The notes: generated by a model not told the origin, from the letters alone. DNA of 64,000 nt from Kiritimatiellia bacterium (GCA_034003585.1 JAVEYH010000006.1:10177-74176), one strand, 5' to 3'; counted from the first letter of the stretch, positions 48,498 through 58,032 are shown. Program-made: numbers and translations.

Positions 48498-51173
48498 ATG
48501 GACAAGCATTACGACCCCAAGACCGTCGAAAACAAGTGGTACGCGTGGTGGGAGGAGACCGGCCAGTTCCACGCGGAGGCGTCGCAGGGCGGCGAACCCT
48601 ACAGTGTGGTGATCCCGCCGCCGAATGTGACGGGGATCCTGCACATGGGCCACGCGCTCAACAACACCATCCAGGATGTGCTGGTGCGCTGGCGCCGCAT
48701 GCAGGGCCGCAACACGGTCTGGATGCCGGGCACCGACCACGCGGGCATCGCCACGCAAAACGTGGTGGAGAAGGCGCTGCGCAAAGAGGGCCTCTCGCGG
48801 CGCGATCTCGGGCGCGAGAAATTTCTGGAGCGCGTGTGGGAGTGGCGCAAGGAGTACGGCGGCACCATCGTGCGCCAGCTCCGCAAGCTCGGGGCGAGCT
48901 GCGACTGGTCGCGCGAACGCTTCACCATGGACGAAGGGTTGAGCGAGGCGGTGGCCGAGGTGTTCTGCCGGCTCTACGACGAGGGCCTCATCTACCGCGG
49001 CAACTACATCGTGAACTGGTGCCCGCGCTGCCACACCGCGCTGTCGGACGAGGAGAGCGAGCATCAGGACACGGCCGGCCATCTCTGGCACATCCGCTAC
49101 CCGATTCCGGGCGGCGGCGAGGTCGTGGTGGCGACCACGCGCCCCGAGACCATGCTGGGCGACACGGCGGTGGCGGTGAACCCGGCGGATGAGCGCTATC
49201 AGGAGCTGGTCGGTAAGTCCGTGACCCTGCCGCTCCTGAACCGCGAGATCCCGGTGGTCGCGGACGAGTACGTGGACCGCGCCTTCGGCACGGGCGTCGT
49301 GAAGATCACGCCCGCGCACGACCCGAACGATTTCCAGGTGGCGCAGCGCCACAGTCTGCCGGTCCTCAACGTCATGAACGGCGACGGCACGATGAACGGG
49401 GAGGCCGGCCCGTATGCGGGCATGGACCGCTTCGCCTGCCGCAAGAAGGTGATCGCCGACCTCGAGGCCCAGGGGCTGCTGGTCAAGGCCGATCCGCATC
49501 AGCACGCGGTCGGCCACTGCTACCGCTGCGATACCGTGGTCGAGCCGCGGCTCTCCAAGCAGTGGTTCGTGCGCATGAAGCCGCTCGCCGCCCCGGCCAT
49601 CGAGGCCGTGCGCGCCGGCAAGGTCAGCTTCTTGCCGCAGCGCTGGGAAAAGACCTATTTCGAGTGGATGGAGAACATCCGCGACTGGTGCATCTCGCGC
49701 CAGATCTGGTGGGGCCACCGCATTCCGGTCTACACCTGCGCGGGCTGCGCGCACGAGTGGGCCGCGAAGAAAACCCCGGAGGCGTGCCCCCAATGCGGCG
49801 CGGCGGCGATCACGCAGGACGAGGACGTGCTCGACACCTGGTTCTCCTCGTGGCTCTGGCCCTTCAGCACCTTCGGCTGGCCCAAGGACCACCCGGACCT
49901 GAAGTTTTACTATCCGACCCGCGATCTGGCCACCGCGCCGGAGATCCTCTTCTTCTGGGTCGCGCGCATGATCATGGCCGGCTGCAAGTTCATGGGTGAG
50001 GTGCCCTTCCGCACGGTGTATCTGCACGGCACGGTGCGCGACGACAAGGGCCGCAAGATGAGCAAGAGCCTGGGCAATTCCATCGACCCGCTCGACATCA
50101 TCGAGACCTACAGCGCCGACTCGCTGCGCTTCAGCCTGATGCTCATCACCTCCACCGGTATGGACGTCTACGTCAACATGGAGAAGTTCGAGATCGGGCG
50201 CAACTTCGCGACCAAGGTCTGGAACGCCGCGCGCTTCATGAAGATGCACATGGAGAAGCTGCCCGGCACAAACTGGCGCGAAGCGGTCCGCCGCGAGCTG
50301 GCGCTCGATCCGGCACTGCTGCGCGATGACGACCGCCACATGCTCGCCACCTGCGAGAACGCCGTGCGCGCCGTGACCGGACATCTGGAGGCGTTCCGCC
50401 TGCAGGACGGCGCGCTGGCGATCTACGATTTCGTCTGGAGCCAGTTCTGCGATTGGTATCTCGAATACGCGAAGCCGGATCTGAACGGCCCGGACGAGGC
50501 GCGCCGCCGCCAGGTGCTGGCCGTGATGGCCGATGTCTTCGCCAAGGCGCTCAAGCTGCTGCACCCCTACATGCCGTTCCTCACCGAGGAGCTGTGGCAC
50601 CAGATGGGGTACGGCACGGCGGAAGAGAGCATCATGCGCGCGCCGTGGCCCGCGCCCTACACCGACGCGCAGCGCGCGGCGTGGGGACTGAGCGAGGAGG
50701 TCACCGCTTTCGTCACTGCCCGGCGCGAGCTGGTCACCGCCGGCCGCGCGCTGCGCGCCGACTACAACGTCGCGCCCTCCAAATTCCTGCACTACATCGT
50801 GCAGGCTGTGGACGAAGCCGTTGCGGAGCGTCTGAATGCCGACGCCGAGACGCTCAAGCAGCAGTTGCGTTCCGACCGCCTGGAGATCGTCGCGGGCGGC
50901 GGCGAGAAAGCCATGCCCGGCGCGCTCTGCAAGCTCGGCACGGTCTACCTGCCTCTGGACGGCGTGGTGGACGTCAAGGCCGAGGCCGCGCGCGTGAAGG
51001 CCGAGTTGGAGAAGACGCGCGGGTTCCTCAAAGGCGTGGAAGCCAAACTCGGCAACGGGGGGTTCGTGGCCAAGGCGCCCGCGGCCGTGATCGAGCAGCA
51101 GCGCGCCAAGCGGATAGAGCTGACCGAGACCGTCGCGCGGCTCGAGAAGCTGTACGCGACGTTTGGGGGATGA
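48498..51173 (+). CDS. valS: Valine--tRNA ligase
   Basis: PPPNVTGILHMGH (HIGH), DHAGIATQ, DWCISRQIWWGH, KMSKS, C-terminal coiled-coil arm. Confidence 0.98.
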   Translation: MDKHYDPKTVENKWYAWWEETGQFHAEASQGGEPYSVVIPPPNVTGILHMGHALNNTIQDVLVRWRRMQGRNTVWMPGTDHAGIATQNVVEKALRKEGLSRRDLGREKFLERVWEWRKEYGGTIVRQLRKLGASCDWSRERFTMDEGLSEAVAEVFCRLYDEGLIYRGNYIVNWCPRCHTALSDEESEHQDTAGHLWHIRYPIPGGGEVVVATTRPETMLGDTAVAVNPADERYQELVGKSVTLPLLNREIPVVADEYVDRAFGTGVVKITPAHDPNDFQVAQRHSLPVLNVMNGDGTMNGEAGPYAGMDRFACRKKVIADLEAQGLLVKADPHQHAVGHCYRCDTVVEPRLSKQWFVRMKPLAAPAIEAVRAGKVSFLPQRWEKTYFEWMENIRDWCISRQIWWGHRIPVYTCAGCAHEWAAKKTPEACPQCGAAAITQDEDVLDTWFSSWLWPFSTFGWPKDHPDLKFYYPTRDLATAPEILFFWVARMIMAGCKFMGEVPFRTVYLHGTVRDDKGRKMSKSLGNSIDPLDIIETYSADSLRFSLMLITSTGMDVYVNMEKFEIGRNFATKVWNAARFMKMHMEKLPGTNWREAVRRELALDPALLRDDDRHMLATCENAVRAVTGHLEAFRLQDGALAIYDFVWSQFCDWYLEYAKPDLNGPDEARRRQVLAVMADVFAKALKLLHPYMPFLTEELWHQMGYGTAEESIMRAPWPAPYTDAQRAAWGLSEEVTAFVTARRELVTAGRALRADYNVAPSKFLHYIVQAVDEAVAERLNADAETLKQQLRSDRLEIVAGGGEKAMPGALCKLGTVYLPLDGVVDVKAEAARVKAELEKTRGFLKGVEAKLGNGGFVAKAPAAVIEQQRAKRIELTETVARLEKLYATFGG

Positions 51174-51176
51174 GAC

Positions 51177-51794
51177 ATGGCGATCATTAGAAACGTGGTT
51201 TCCGAAGAAGGATTTAACACCGACCTCGCGCTACCGTTCGAGTTGCGTTTGGCTGATTTCCGTTTGGCCGTCCAAGACGTATATGATTTCTTCTTCGACG
51301 TAAATTCAACGTTACAAACGAAAGGGTTGCAGCGTTTGGATGACATGTTACGTCCGGCCATTATGTCAGGCGTCCTGTCGGATATGTTGACGGCAAGTCT
51401 TGCTAAGCATTCGCGTTCGTTGTGTGAGAACAAATATTTTAACGGGCATCCGGATTTAATTGTTCGAGGTGTGTATTCCGACAACGCTGTGAAGGCTGGC
51501 GATCAGGGCGTTGAAATTAAAACGACCCGCAAAAGCGGTGGTGCCGTAGATACGCATGGTGCACGGAATCAGTGGATGTGCGTGTTCGTTTATGAGGTGG
51601 ATGATCAGACTGAACCGGCAACGCAACGAAAGCCTATGACCATAACTGAAATCTACCTTGGGCATGTTGCCGTGGATGATTTTAGAAAAAATGCCCGAGG
51701 CGAATTAGGAACCCGCACCGCCACGTTGCATAAAGACGGGATTGCGAAACTCAGAGAGAGTTGGGTCTATCGACGCCCCTTGCATCGCGCTTGA
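51177..51794 (+). CDS. Putative PD-(D/E)XK Type II restriction endonuclease
   Basis: GHPDL...GVEIKTT nuclease-like motif, convergent with a DNA methyltransferase, atypical composition. Confidence 0.7.
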   Translation: MAIIRNVVSEEGFNTDLALPFELRLADFRLAVQDVYDFFFDVNSTLQTKGLQRLDDMLRPAIMSGVLSDMLTASLAKHSRSLCENKYFNGHPDLIVRGVYSDNAVKAGDQGVEIKTTRKSGGAVDTHGARNQWMCVFVYEVDDQTEPATQRKPMTITEIYLGHVAVDDFRKNARGELGTRTATLHKDGIAKLRESWVYRRPLHRA

Positions 51795-52955
51795 AAAGGG
51801 GTGCTTGTCTGTCACACAACCCGCTAGTTTCGCCACGGATTCACAGGCCAGTCTGAAATAGGCCTTATCTTTTTCGGTTCCCATGCTTTCGTACCCGACG
51901 GCTTCCGCCGCCGCAAGGGTCGATCCCGAGCCCGCGAACGTGTCGACCACGACGCCTTTTCCGAGTGGTAAAACCGCTCTGACAAGTTGGCGGAGAAAAG
52001 CTTGCGGTTTGAGGCTTGGGTGCGGCGCAAGTTCACGCTCTGTTTTGCGTGTGGGTGCTGATTCGATCACGTCGCCGAACGGTTTGTCTTTCTCCGGTCG
52101 GCGGAATCCGCCGGTTCCCCATATACGCAGATTGTCTTGGGCACGCCCTTGAAGCGGTTTACGGTAGATCAACCACGGTTCCCACATGGAGCGCGGCATG
52201 ACGCTGACATCCGAGAACTCTTCATGCGCGGCCTTGGGTCGGTCTCCACCGCGCATGGTCATCGTCAGGCGAATCAATTCGCCGCGCCGCTCGAGTCCCG
52301 CATCGGCCAATGCTTGCGATACAATGTATGACAAAAGCGGATTGGACGCCACAATCACGTTTGCCCCCGGAACCAGTTTGGGAAGAAGGGCGCGGCCCCA
52401 TCGCGTAAAGAACGCTCTGAGTTCTCGCAATTGCTCGGGTGAGAGGATTGTAAAGCGGGGGAGCGGCGCACGCTGATGTCCGTCGAACGATGGCGGAATT
52501 CGCCAGACACCGCCTTTGCCTTCCCGCAGTTTTGCGACTTGTTCTTTTGAGTATTCGAAAAGGCCGTAGGGTGGGTCAGTGACGACGGCGTGAAGGCTGT
52601 GGTTGTCTCGGCTTTCTAACCAACCAAAACAATCGGCGTGAAACAGAGTGGCGAATCGACCGACTTTTTTATGCGGGAATTCATCGGCCGCTCGAATCTT
52701 GGTCTCAACAGGCTCAGCAAATCCGGGAAATGTCGGGGCACACGAATAGAAGCCGCGCGACTCTCGAACGAAGAGGTCCGGTGTGTTGAGCCGAAGGTAG
52801 GAGCGCACGGAGGATGTGGACACGCCTCCGAGTCGTAGTCGTACGGCGTCCGATATTTCGGCGACGGAGAGCGGTCGTTGCGCTGTCTTAACGGTATCAA
52901 GAATGGCGTCGCGAACTTGGCCCGGCGCCTTTCTTGCCTTTGCGTCGTAATTCAT
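51705..52955 (-). CDS. Beta-class amino (m6A or m4C) DNA methyltransferase with an N-terminal winged-HTH-like domain
   Basis: Motif IV VTDPPY precedes HPSLKP and motif I VVDTFAGSGST (beta order); ~75-aa N-terminal extension with an HTH-wing pattern. Confidence 0.88.
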   Translation of the reverse strand: MNYDAKARKAPGQVRDAILDTVKTAQRPLSVAEISDAVRLRLGGVSTSSVRSYLRLNTPDLFVRESRGFYSCAPTFPGFAEPVETKIRAADEFPHKKVGRFATLFHADCFGWLESRDNHSLHAVVTDPPYGLFEYSKEQVAKLREGKGGVWRIPPSFDGHQRAPLPRFTILSPEQLRELRAFFTRWGRALLPKLVPGANVIVASNPLLSYIVSQALADAGLERRGELIRLTMTMRGGDRPKAAHEEFSDVSVMPRSMWEPWLIYRKPLQGRAQDNLRIWGTGGFRRPEKDKPFGDVIESAPTRKTERELAPHPSLKPQAFLRQLVRAVLPLGKGVVVDTFAGSGSTLAAAEAVGYESMGTEKDKAYFRLACESVAKLAGCVTDKHPFSSAMQGASIDPTLSEFRNPVFMQRGGAGS

Positions 52956-52962
52956 GGCGCAC

Positions 52963-52991
52963 AGGTTAGACGTCTGGACGTCTTTTGTCAA
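52963..52991 (-). promoter_or_regulatory. sigma70 promoter of the methyltransferase with two GACGTC palindromes in the spacer
   Basis: Minus strand TTGACA-aaaGACGTCcaGACGTC-TAACCT-gtgcgcc-ATG; 17-bp spacer; ATG 7 nt after the -10, no SD. Confidence 0.85.
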
Positions 52992-53043
52992 GGAAACTGC
53001 CACTCGTGATCCACACGCCGGGGCCGGTGTGGCACGGCGGTTG

Positions 53044-53982
53044 TCACAGCCGCTCGCACGCCACGGCCCGGCACAGGGCGCGCGCGCGGCGGGCGTCAAA
53101 CGCGGCGGGTGTCAGGGTTTCGGCGTTGGCGCTCCCGCACGCCAGGCCCAGCCGCACGGCTTCGGGCAGCCGTTTGCCGCGCAGCAGCGCGTGCGCGATG
53201 CCGGCGGTCGTGCAGTCGCCGCTGCCGATGGGGTTCACGCGCTCGCGGATCGCGGGCGGGGTGAAGCGCCATGCGGCACGGGGCGTCAGCAGATAGGCGG
53301 CGCGGCCGCCCTGGGTCACGAAGACGTTGGCGGCCCCCAGGTTCAGCAGGTCCCGCATGCCGCGCAGGATGCGCGCCTCCGTGTTCAGGGTCTCGCCAAG
53401 CGTGGCCGCCAGCTCCGGCACATTCAGTTTGGCCAGCAGCGGCTGTTCGAACAAAACCTGGATCAGCGCCGTGCGGTGCGAATCGATCACCACCGGGACT
53501 CCGGCGGCGCGCGCGGCGCGCGCGAACGCCACGTAAAAATCATCCGGCGCGAAGGGCGGGAGCGTGCCACTGATGGCCAGCATGGCGGCGCCGGGAATCC
53601 GTTTCAAATTGTCCGCAACGAACCGGCGCAAGGCGGCGCGGCCGGGCGCGGGCGCCTCCTCCACCAGTTCGGTCACGGTCTTGGCCTGATTGTCGAGCAG
53701 GGTGGTGCAGAGTCGCGTGGGGGCGGGCATCGCCGTCATCCCGTCACCGACCCCGCACGGTTTCAGCATCGCGGCCACCCGTGCGCCGGTCGCGCCGCCG
53801 TTGAGTCCCGCCGTTACTGCGGGGGTGCCCAGGGTGACGAGGGCCCGCGCGGTGTTGAGCGCCTTGCCTGCGGCGCTTTCGGTGACCTCTTGCGCGCGGT
53901 TCACCTCATCCGGCGTGAGCCGGTCAAACCGGAGCGTGCGCTGCAGCACAGGGGACAATCCGAGGCAGAGGACTTTTTTCAT
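53044..53982 (-). CDS. PfkB-family sugar kinase (1-phosphofructokinase/LacC-like)
   Basis: AAGKALNTARAL, TRLCTT, ISGTLP, KLNVPEL, NPIGSGDCTTAG. Confidence 0.85.
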   Translation of the reverse strand: MKKVLCLGLSPVLQRTLRFDRLTPDEVNRAQEVTESAAGKALNTARALVTLGTPAVTAGLNGGATGARVAAMLKPCGVGDGMTAMPAPTRLCTTLLDNQAKTVTELVEEAPAPGRAALRRFVADNLKRIPGAAMLAISGTLPPFAPDDFYVAFARAARAAGVPVVIDSHRTALIQVLFEQPLLAKLNVPELAATLGETLNTEARILRGMRDLLNLGAANVFVTQGGRAAYLLTPRAAWRFTPPAIRERVNPIGSGDCTTAGIAHALLRGKRLPEAVRLGLACGSANAETLTPAAFDARRARALCRAVACERL

Positions 53983-54617
53983 GCGAATCCGTTCTCTTCC
54001 AGCATCTGAAGGGTGATGCCGCCGCGGGCATCGCGTCCCAGCAGGCGCGCCACATATTTTCCCAGTAAATCGCCCTCGACGTTCAGCGCGTCGCCGGGCT
54101 GTCGGTCGCCGAGCGTGGTGGTCCGGAGCGTGTGGGGAATCAGGTTCACCTCGAGCCAGTCCCCGCCCACATCCGTGACCGTGAGACTGACGCCGTCCAG
54201 GGTGACGGAGCCTTTGCGGACCGTGTGTCCCGCGAGTTCGGGCGAGCAGCGCACGCGCCAGGCCGCGTCGCGTCCGCGCGTTTCTACGGAAAACAGCGTG
54301 CCGCACTCGTCCACATGGCCGCTCACCAGATGGCCGCCCAGACGGCCGCCCCACGCCAGCGCGCGTTCGAGGTTGACGCGCGCGTCCGGGCCGAGCCGCC
54401 GCAGGGCGGTGCGCCGCAGGGTCTCGTCGAGCAGGTCGGCGGTGAACCCGTCCGGGAGGAGGGCGGTCACGGTCAGGCAGGCGCCCTGCACCGCCACACT
54501 CTCGCCCAGGATCAGGGCGTCCGGCCAGGGATCGTGGGCGATGGCGACGGACCAGCCCGCGCCGGAGCGCTCCAGCCGCCGGATCACACCCACCTGTTGC
54601 ACCAGTCCCGTAAACAT
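53979..54617 (-). CDS. ribE: Riboflavin synthase (alpha chain)
   Basis: MFTGLV start, SVAVQGACLTV, VNLERAL..GGHLVSGHVD, GSVTLDGVSLTV, NVEGD. Confidence 0.95.
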   Translation of the reverse strand: MFTGLVQQVGVIRRLERSGAGWSVAIAHDPWPDALILGESVAVQGACLTVTALLPDGFTADLLDETLRRTALRRLGPDARVNLERALAWGGRLGGHLVSGHVDECGTLFSVETRGRDAAWRVRCSPELAGHTVRKGSVTLDGVSLTVTDVGGDWLEVNLIPHTLRTTTLGDRQPGDALNVEGDLLGKYVARLLGRDARGGITLQMLEENGFA

Positions 54618-54620
54618 GAA

Positions 54621-55742
54621 TCAAGCCCTCCGCGCGCGGATCCGGATATCCGTGCCGAACCGGTTCACCTCCGCGCAGCGCAGCCGCCGCATGCCGGCCA
54701 GCAGGCTGCCGCATCCCATGACCGCGCCGGTCGCGCCGCTGTCGCCCAGCACCGCCGGCGCATAAAAGAAGGCGTACTCATCCACGGCAGCCGCATCGTG
54801 CAGCGACCCCGCGAGACGGCCGCCCCCCTCGCACAGCACATGGAGGCATCCCTCCGCGGCGAGCTTCCGCAACAGGCGCCGGACCGGCACGCGTCCGGTC
54901 TTGTCCGGGGCGAAGGTCCAGACCCGAGCGCCGTGCCGCGCCCACGCCTTTGCGCGCCGCGCCGCGCCGTCGGGTGTGGTGGCCACAAGGGTGCGCGCGG
55001 CCGCGGCATCCGAAAACACCCGCGCGTCCGGGGGGGTGCGGCCTGCGGCGTCCACCACCACGCGCAGCAGTTCCGCGCCGCCGGGGTGCCGGAGGCGGCA
55101 CAGCAGCGAGGGGTTGTCCGCGCACACCGTGCCGGCACCGACCATCACCGCATCGGCGCGCCGGCGCATGCGCTGCACCTCGGCCCGCGCCGCCTCGCCG
55201 GTGATCCACTGCGAACGGTGGGTGCGGTCGGCGATGCGCCCGTCCAGGGTCAGGGCCAGTTTCAGGGTGACAAAGGGCAGGCCGGTAGTGGCCCTCGTGA
55301 AAAAGGGGCGGGCCAGTTCGCGGGACTCCTCTTCGCAGACGCCGCAGACGACCTCCACCCCATGCTGTTGCAGCAGCGAGAGGCCGCGTCCGCAGTGGCA
55401 GCCGTTCTCGTCCCGGCAGCCGACCACCACGCGCGCGATGCCCTCGCGCAGAATGCGGTCGGTGCAGGGCGGGGTGCGGCCGTGCGTGCAGCACGGTTCG
55501 AGCGTCACGTACAGCGTGGCGCCGCGCACGGATTCGCGGCAGGCGTCCAGCGCCTCGATCTCGGCATGGGCACACCCGGCGCGGCGGTGCCGGCCCGCGC
55601 CCAGCACCCGGCCCGCGCGCGTGACCACCGCGCCGACGGGCGGGTTGGGACGCGTCCGGCCCTCGCTCAGGCGCGCCAGCGTCAGGGCCCGGCGCATCCA
55701 GTGCCTGTCGTCCTGCATCTCCCGCGTCCTCCCGCGCGTCAC
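54621..55742 (-). CDS. ribD: Bifunctional pyrimidine deaminase/reductase
   Basis: NPPVGAV, HAE, TLEPCCTHGRTPPC, SQWITG, VLCEGGG; start is GTG 55742 or ATG 55718. Confidence 0.95.
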   Translation of the reverse strand: MTRGRTREMQDDRHWMRRALTLARLSEGRTRPNPPVGAVVTRAGRVLGAGRHRRAGCAHAEIEALDACRESVRGATLYVTLEPCCTHGRTPPCTDRILREGIARVVVGCRDENGCHCGRGLSLLQQHGVEVVCGVCEEESRELARPFFTRATTGLPFVTLKLALTLDGRIADRTHRSQWITGEAARAEVQRMRRRADAVMVGAGTVCADNPSLLCRLRHPGGAELLRVVVDAAGRTPPDARVFSDAAAARTLVATTPDGAARRAKAWARHGARVWTFAPDKTGRVPVRRLLRKLAAEGCLHVLCEGGGRLAGSLHDAAAVDEYAFFYAPAVLGDSGATGAVMGCGSLLAGMRRLRCAEVNRFGTDIRIRARRA

Positions 55743-56230
55743 GTCCGGTTGAGTTCCTTGTTCAGCCGGTCGAGCACGCCGTTGACGAAACGCCCGGCAT
55801 CGGCGTTGCTGAAGTATTTGGCCAGGTCAATCGCCTCATTGAGCACCACGGCCGGCGGCACGTCGGTGCAGTGCAGCATCTCGTAAAAGGCGAGGCGCAG
55901 CACATTGCGTTCGACCGAGCCCATGCGGTGCAGCGGCCAGTTCTGGGTATACGAGGTGAGTTTCGCGTCCAGTTCGGGCAGATGGCCCAAGACCCCGCGC
56001 ACGAGCCGTTCGGCGAACTCACGGATTTTCGGCGGCGCGACGCGGTCCTCCACCGACCGGCCGGCCTTTTCGGGGAGCGTCACATCCTTGTCGGCGGCCT
56101 CCTCCACCTTGCAGGTGTACTGCTGGGTCCAGAACTTCGGGATGGCCATGTCGAGGTCCATTCCCGGATTCAGGTCCGCCTGAAAAAGCATCTGCAGCGC
56201 CCATTCCCGCCCCTGTCTGCGTGTCGCCAT
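55739..56230 (-). CDS. nusB: Transcription antitermination factor NusB
   Basis: RRQGREWALQMLFQ, VERNVLRLAFYEM, NEAIDLAK.F, FVNGVLD. Confidence 0.95.
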   Translation of the reverse strand: MATRRQGREWALQMLFQADLNPGMDLDMAIPKFWTQQYTCKVEEAADKDVTLPEKAGRSVEDRVAPPKIREFAERLVRGVLGHLPELDAKLTSYTQNWPLHRMGSVERNVLRLAFYEMLHCTDVPPAVVLNEAIDLAKYFSNADAGRFVNGVLDRLNKELNRT

Positions 56231-56266
56231 GGAAACTCCTTGCCTCGCGTTCCGGTTTCCAGGCGC

Positions 56267-56728
56267 TTACAGCGCCCGGAGCACATTCACCGTTTCGATC
56301 GCGGCCAGAACCGCGTCCCATCCCTTGTTGCCGTGCTTCGTTCCGGCGCGTTCGACCGCCTGTTCGAGATTCTGCGCGCAGACCACGCCGTTGATGACCG
56401 GCACGCCGGTGTCGAGCGCGATCTTCGCCAGGGCCCGCGCCACCGTGCCGTTGATCAGGTCGGCGTGCGGGGTGGCGCCCTGGATCACGGCGCCCAGCGC
56501 CACGACGGCCTGGTGTTTTCCGGCCGACGCCAGCCGTTGCGCGGCGAGCGGCAGCTCATTCGCTCCGGGCACCCGAACGAGCGTCAGCGCGTCCTCGCCG
56601 CCGCCATGGCGGAGGAAGCAGTCGGCGGCCCCCTTCACCAGTTGTTCGGTGAAGAAACTGTTGAACCGGCTCACCACCAACGCGAGCCGCATGCCCTTCG
56701 CATCCAATTGTCCCGTGATTTCCACCAT
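56267..56728 (-). CDS. ribH: 6,7-dimethyl-8-ribityllumazine synthase
   Basis: VVSRFNSFFT, VPGANELP, LGAVIQGATPH, VINGV, ERAGTKHGNKG. Confidence 0.95.
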   Translation of the reverse strand: MVEITGQLDAKGMRLALVVSRFNSFFTEQLVKGAADCFLRHGGGEDALTLVRVPGANELPLAAQRLASAGKHQAVVALGAVIQGATPHADLINGTVARALAKIALDTGVPVINGVVCAQNLEQAVERAGTKHGNKGWDAVLAAIETVNVLRAL

Positions 56729-56814
56729 GGCGTTCTCCTGTAACGCGTTCCGTGTTCCCTTTTCCCGCGCCGTTTCCGGCACGCCGCATCGGATGCCCTG
56801 TCCGGGTTCCGAAA

Positions 56815-58032
56815 TCAGATCAGATGCCCCATTTTGGATTTTTTGACTTCCAGATAGCGCCGGTTGTGCGTGCCCGCCTCGAAGACAACCGGCACGCGCT
56901 CCACGATCTCCAGCCCGTAGCCCTGCAGGCCGATCAGTTTTTGGGGGTTGTTGGTCATGAGCCGGATGCGTTGGAGTCCGATGTCGGCGAGGATCTGCGC
57001 GCCCACGCCGTAATCCCGCAGGTCAGCGGGGAACCCCAGCTCGATGTTGGCCTCCACCGTGTCGAACCCGTTTTCCTGCAGTTTGTAGGCGTGCAGTTTG
57101 TTCGCGAGGCCGATGCCGCGGCCTTCCTGGCGCATGTACAGGACCACGCCGCATCCCTCTTGCTCCACCCTGCGCATGGCCGCGTGGAGCTGGTTGCCGC
57201 AGTCGCAGCGGGCCGAGCCGAACACGTCGCCGGTGAGGCACTCGCTGTGGACGCGCACCAGCGGCGCGGGGCAGGCTGCGGGATCGCCTTTGATCAGCGC
57301 CAGATGCTCCCGGCCGTCGGGCGACGACGTGTAGAGACGCAGCCGGAAATGACCGTAGGCGGTGGGCAGCGCCACCTCCTCCACAAAATCGATCAGGCGT
57401 TCGCGCCGCCGCCGGTACTGGATCAGGTCGGCGATCGAGAGCATCGTAAGCTGGTGACGCGAAGCGAAGGCGCGCAAATCGGGCAGGCGGGCCATGGTGC
57501 CGTCCGGCAGCATGATCTCGCAGATCACGCCCGCCGGTTTGAAGCCCGCCAGGCGCGCGAGATCCACCGCCGCCTCCGTGTGGCCCGCGCGTACGAGCAC
57601 GCCGCCCTCGCGCGCCTCGAGCGGGAAGATGTGGCCGGGGCTCACGACCGATTCCGGACCGGAGGCGCCGTCGATCAGCACGCGGATGGTGCGCGCCCGG
57701 TCCGCGGCGCTGATCCCGGTGGTCACGCCCGCGGCGGCGTCCACGGAATAGGTGAAGGCGGTCGCGAATTTGTCGCCGCGGTTGCGGCTGGGGGCGCGTT
57801 CCACGCCGAGGCGCCGCAGGTCCGCGCCGGTCATGGGCACACACACCAGCCCGCGCGCGTGGACGACCATGAAATTGATCGCTTCCGACGTCACCCGTTC
57901 GGCGGCGATAATCAGATCGCCCTCATTCTCGCGGCTCTCGTCGTCCGCGACAATCACCATTTCCCCCCGCCCGAACGCCTCGATGCAGGTTTCGACCGGA
58001 TCGAACACCGAATCCTTTTCCATCGCCGCCAC
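56815..58032 (-). CDS. ribBA: Bifunctional DHBP synthase / GTP cyclohydrolase II
   Basis: DDESRENEGD, PGHIFPL, GHTEAAVD, RVHSECLTGDVFGSARCDCG, QEGRGIGL, RLMTNNP. Confidence 0.96.
   Translation of the reverse strand: MAAMEKDSVFDPVETCIEAFGRGEMVIVADDESRENEGDLIIAAERVTSEAINFMVVHARGLVCVPMTGADLRRLGVERAPSRNRGDKFATAFTYSVDAAAGVTTGISAADRARTIRVLIDGASGPESVVSPGHIFPLEAREGGVLVRAGHTEAAVDLARLAGFKPAGVICEIMLPDGTMARLPDLRAFASRHQLTMLSIADLIQYRRRRERLIDFVEEVALPTAYGHFRLRLYTSSPDGREHLALIKGDPAACPAPLVRVHSECLTGDVFGSARCDCGNQLHAAMRRVEQEGCGVVLYMRQEGRGIGLANKLHAYKLQENGFDTVEANIELGFPADLRDYGVGAQILADIGLQRIRLMTNNPQKLIGLQGYGLEIVERVPVVFEAGTHNRRYLEVKKSKMGHLI

Larger units (their letters stand above)
51174..52995. other. AT-richer islet carrying a putative Type II restriction-modification system
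   Basis: Composition drop immediately after the valS stop (e.g. 28 of 60 bases G+C at 51241-51300); boundaries approximate; no integrase or terminal repeat found. Confidence 0.75.
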
